From: Promethearchaeati archaeon
Lineage (GTDB): Archaea; Asgardarchaeota; Heimdallarchaeia; Heimdallarchaeales; Heimdallarchaeaceae
Direction: 5' to 3'
NCBI GenBank assembly: GCA_013166775.1
Contig: JABLTJ010000021.1
Coordinates: 1 to 58,267 of the forward strand
DNA: 58,267 nucleotides
Position numbers and translations under genes: made by a program. The notes beneath the pieces are model-generated. The model saw only the letters and a program-made list of their open reading frames with translations. It had not been told where the DNA came from and did not search any database. Below, in pieces: positions 51,079 through 58,267 of this stretch (its first letter is position 1; every line of letters starts with the position of its first letter).

Positions 51079-51522
51079 TTACCTTTGAGGTTTCGCTTTA
51101 CGTCCGAGAACAATTTGATTAATAGCCACACCATTAACATGTGTAACTTGCCATTTAACTCCTGGTAAATCTCCCATTGCTCCTTTTTGGGCTCCCCCTA
51201 TACTACATACAACAACTTCATCATGTTCGTCAATATAAAGTAGACCTCCATCATGTGGAACAAAAGCACCAACCTGTTTTCCATTTTTAGTGAGTCTAAC
51301 TCGAACACATTTTCTCATCGCAGAATTTGGTTGTTTACTTTCTACACCATATTTTTCTACAACAATACCTCTAGCTGCTGGTGCTCCCTCTAAAGGATCG
51401 GTTTTCTTATCTAATCTTAACATTCTTCTCTTATAATGGATATCCTTCCAGCGGAAATGTTTTCTCTTGTTTTTTAACTTTCGAGCAGCAAATTCGCCCT
51501 TTGGACTTTTTGAACCAGTCAT
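51079..51522 (-). CDS. rps12: Ribosomal protein uS12
   Basis: [19 protein letters not shown]. Confidence 0.98.
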   Translation of the reverse strand: MTGSKSPKGEFAARKLKNKRKHFRWKDIHYKRRMLRLDKKTDPLEGAPAARGIVVEKYGVESKQPNSAMRKCVRVRLTKNGKQVGAFVPHDGGLLYIDEHDEVVVCSIGGAQKGAMGDLPGVKWQVTHVNGVAINQIVLGRKAKPQR

Positions 51523-51670
51523 CTTAAATCACGTATTATCTTGGAATTATTAATATTTACGACTGTAGATATTTTACAATCAACCAGTCATCCCTCTTAC
51601 AATTTTAATAAAAACTTTCTGTTCACTAACCTTTAACGGTTTAAAGAAATAGAAAAGAATAAAGTGAGGA

Positions 51671-55566
<3,896 letters not shown>

Positions 55567-55765
55567 TCTATATCTCCAAAAATATTTGAATCTATACTCT
55601 AACTAACACTAGTTTAGTTACCTTAACTCTTTTCCATTTCTAGTTGATAAAAACCTTTTGATTTTTAACACAATTCTAATTGCAGTTAGAAGCTGAAATA
55701 CTTTTCTTGAATCCCCTCAAACAATTCATCAGTATTTTCACCTACTCTCTGCACATCTTGGTACA

Positions 55766-56656
55766 ATGATGATGAATACTGTTGTAAGTTTGCTTGAAAG
55801 TGCCTATGACAATAATATCTATGTAGATGCGAGTGTTTATATGTTCATAGTAGGAAGCGATGATCCTTTACCTGATAAAACTTTGAAAACCTTTCAATGG
55901 ATAAAAAAATATAATTATGCACACCCTAACAGTAAATTCAAAGTGATAAGCTGTTCTTTTGAATCAACAGACAATTACGCATCAGTTATCTACAAATTGG
56001 CTCGAAAACAAGGGTGTATTATTGTTGCTGCCTCGGGGAACTACAAATCCTATTATAGTCATGATCCAGATGCAGAAGAGTATGGCAAAGAATACGTAAG
56101 AAACTATCCTGCTACCTATACTGAAGTGTTTGGAGCTGGTGGATGTTATGGGATGAACGTACCACAGAATTATGAAAACTACAGAATGTCTGCTAAATAC
56201 GAGGATCTTGGACTTGATCTTGGATTTGGTCAATACTTATATTTAGGGAGTGACTTCTATCAAGATCATGGATTATCACAAGCTACAGTTGATTTAGTTG
56301 CTTCTGCTTACAAAATAGCTACAAGAGCTGATCTCTCTGGTGGAACGGCACCAGAAAGTTATGAGGCTACAGGAACAAGTATGGCTGCACCTCAAGTTGC
56401 TGTTGCAGCTTTCCTGGCTGCAAGATTGAGATACATAGAAACCAATGGAAACAATCCACTAGATATGTGGAGTTTTCATGCTTGTGTACAGTACTCGAGC
56501 GAAAATGATCCAGATGCAGACGATTTACTTCATTGGGATGCAGTAGAAAAACCTATCGAGAATCTTGGACAAAAACCAATATACTATTCTTACAGAGTTG
56601 GTTACGGCTCTCTTGATGTTCATGATATGATGGAATATTTAATAAGTCTCTCTTAA
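55766..56656 (+). pseudogene. 5'-truncated subtilisin-like (S8) protease
   Basis: AASGN oxyanion and GTSMAAP Ser motifs are present. There is no signal, propeptide or catalytic Asp. The in-frame upstream sequence reads HLGTMM, with a stop at 55694. Confidence 0.65.
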
Positions 56657-56676
56657 TAATCTAACTAGGTGACTGA

Positions 56677-58113
56677 ATGAGAAAAAGATGGAAAATAACT
56701 TTAGTTGTTGGGATAGTCATAACTCTAACAATTTCGATGTTATTAACCATCTTTTTCTTAATTCTTCCAAGATACTATAATCCTTCAAACATTAATAATT
56801 ATTTATACCCAAATTCAATAATGAATGGCGCGAAATCTGATTTGGAAATCGAAAATGACAATACTATACATTTTCTTCTTACACAATCAACTGAAGAAGG
56901 AGACACAAATAATATATATGCAAAACTCGATTTTTGTAGTAAATCTGCGGATTTTCTTTCACGATTTAATGAAGATATCCTAATGAATTTACATAGTTTA
57001 AAGATAGGGTTAGATTTGGAGAAAAAACCAATCATCTATCTATTTCGTACAACAGGTTTCTTATATGAAATCGGGGAGATTCTTACAATTATTAACAGTA
57101 AATGGGAAAAACATTCTTCATTTATAGAACTGCCTTTTAATCAAAGCGAAATAGCAAGAGGACCGCTATTAAATTGGAACTTCTCTTTTGATGGAAATAT
57201 AAATCTAGCGTACATTTATAAACCACCATTCATTATTAATGAATCCACACCTGAAGTAACAACTCCAGTTATTTATAATGGAGATATTGAAGATTCCGTT
57301 TTTCTATACGAACAATTTCCTGAAATTGAAGATTATAACAATAATGCACCTGGTGACTTTAAGATATTCAATGACTCTATTTTTGTTTTGTGGGAGAGAT
57401 TTTTTTCACTTGAGTCTCACTATCCATGTTTAGCTGTCTATAACCTAGAACAGGATTGGCAACTATACAATCTCAGTATAGAATTTAATACAACAAAACC
57501 TATAACCGTTTTACCAGAAGAAGGTGAAATCAAAGTTTTTCATTATGATCCTGGCTTTACAACGAATATTAGTAGATTGTTCACTACTAAGATAATTAAT
57601 TCATCATTCTCTGTGACAGAAGAAATAATTAATTTTGATGGGAATCTAATTTTCTATCAAGATGCAGTTTGTCAAATATCAAATGATGAGATTTTGTTTA
57701 TATATGTTCGAAGGCCTAATTTACCAAATTTACAATCTGAACTTTTTCTTGGTTTTTACAATGGACTAGAATTTAAAGAGATTCAACTATCTCAAACACC
57801 AAAATATTCTGAATATTATGCACATTGCGAAATCAGTGAAAACTACTTACATTATTCCTGGAGTAGATGGAATTACACTGGAACCAAATATCTAAATCCA
57901 GCAACTTCTAGAATTTTCTATAATCGTATTTCTCTTTCAAATCTTGAAGAATTATTTAATGAAAGTGGCTTCTCATTATCTAAGACCGACAAAATAAATT
58001 TATCACTTCATTTCAATTCAATTGTTTCGTGCAATATTCTTGAAATGCAGATGCTTTCCATAAATGTAGAGAGATTCAAGAAACATATTTATTTCCATTC
58101 AGATTTTTACTAG
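56677..58113 (+). CDS. N-terminally anchored extracellular protein, beta-rich (propeller-like), 478 aa
   Basis: MRKRWK plus a TM helix; repeated short beta-strand blades; many sequons; SD GGTGA. Confidence 0.7.
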   Translation: MRKRWKITLVVGIVITLTISMLLTIFFLILPRYYNPSNINNYLYPNSIMNGAKSDLEIENDNTIHFLLTQSTEEGDTNNIYAKLDFCSKSADFLSRFNEDILMNLHSLKIGLDLEKKPIIYLFRTTGFLYEIGEILTIINSKWEKHSSFIELPFNQSEIARGPLLNWNFSFDGNINLAYIYKPPFIINESTPEVTTPVIYNGDIEDSVFLYEQFPEIEDYNNNAPGDFKIFNDSIFVLWERFFSLESHYPCLAVYNLEQDWQLYNLSIEFNTTKPITVLPEEGEIKVFHYDPGFTTNISRLFTTKIINSSFSVTEEIINFDGNLIFYQDAVCQISNDEILFIYVRRPNLPNLQSELFLGFYNGLEFKEIQLSQTPKYSEYYAHCEISENYLHYSWSRWNYTGTKYLNPATSRIFYNRISLSNLEELFNESGFSLSKTDKINLSLHFNSIVSCNILEMQMLSINVERFKKHIYFHSDFY

Positions 58114-58191
58114 AGGTTTTTTTATGAAATTTCTTAATGAATTAAAAGAAGTTTTTATTGATAAAATTCAAAAAAATTGTACAATTTCATA

Positions 58192-58267
58192 CTCCATGAG
58201 GTAGGGGTTCAGCCCGGCCTCGGCCGCGGCGCGGCGGAACGTGGTCTCGTGCATCCGCGGGCTGCAC
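58192..58267 (-). other. High-GC fragment of heterodisulfide reductase subunit A; probable chimeric contig end
   Basis: Translates [25 protein letters not shown] with every third position G/C, then switches abruptly to AT-rich host sequence and a stop. Confidence 0.8.

Noticed and set aside
58198-58267. SRP RNA or RNase P RNA, suggested by the GC-rich terminal sequence
   Set aside because: No SRP or RNase P motifs are visible, and the minus strand translates to a clean HdrA motif with GC-biased third positions.

Overview
Low-GC archaeal chromosomal segment, most likely from an Asgard archaeon, possibly Heimdallarchaeia. The taxonomy is inferred from the Rab-like GTPase, Roadblock protein, OSTC/DC2 homolog and unlinked rRNA genes. 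It carries divergently transcribed 16S and 23S rRNA genes, each interrupted by a predicted bulge-helix-bulge (BHB) intron at a functional centre: 16S helix 45 and the 23S peptidyl-transferase loop. It also has four CCA-encoding tRNAs; ribosomal protein clusters (uL1-uL10-P1; rpoD-eL18-uL13-uS9; uL3-uL4-uL23-uL2; uS12); rpoA1/A2; RPA, RFC-S, Cdc6/Orc1, TruA, RtcA, NOG1, TrpRS, aIF5A, NadE, a TFB paralog and a Tad-like pilus locus. The most interesting unannotated signals are: (i) a 36-aa OST4-like microprotein, an OSTC/DC2 homolog and further candidate oligosaccharyltransferase accessory subunits within about 8 kb; (ii) a Trp-codon leader peptide inside alternative RNA structures upstream of trpS; (iii) a KaiC-like ATPase-Roadblock-FIST-small GTPase-Zn-finger operon; (iv) a 23-aa acidic/Pro peptide gene preceding a TPR-like protein. 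The last ~76 bp are a high-GC hdrA fragment and are probably a chimeric contig end. All family calls come from reading motifs by eye; no searches were run.
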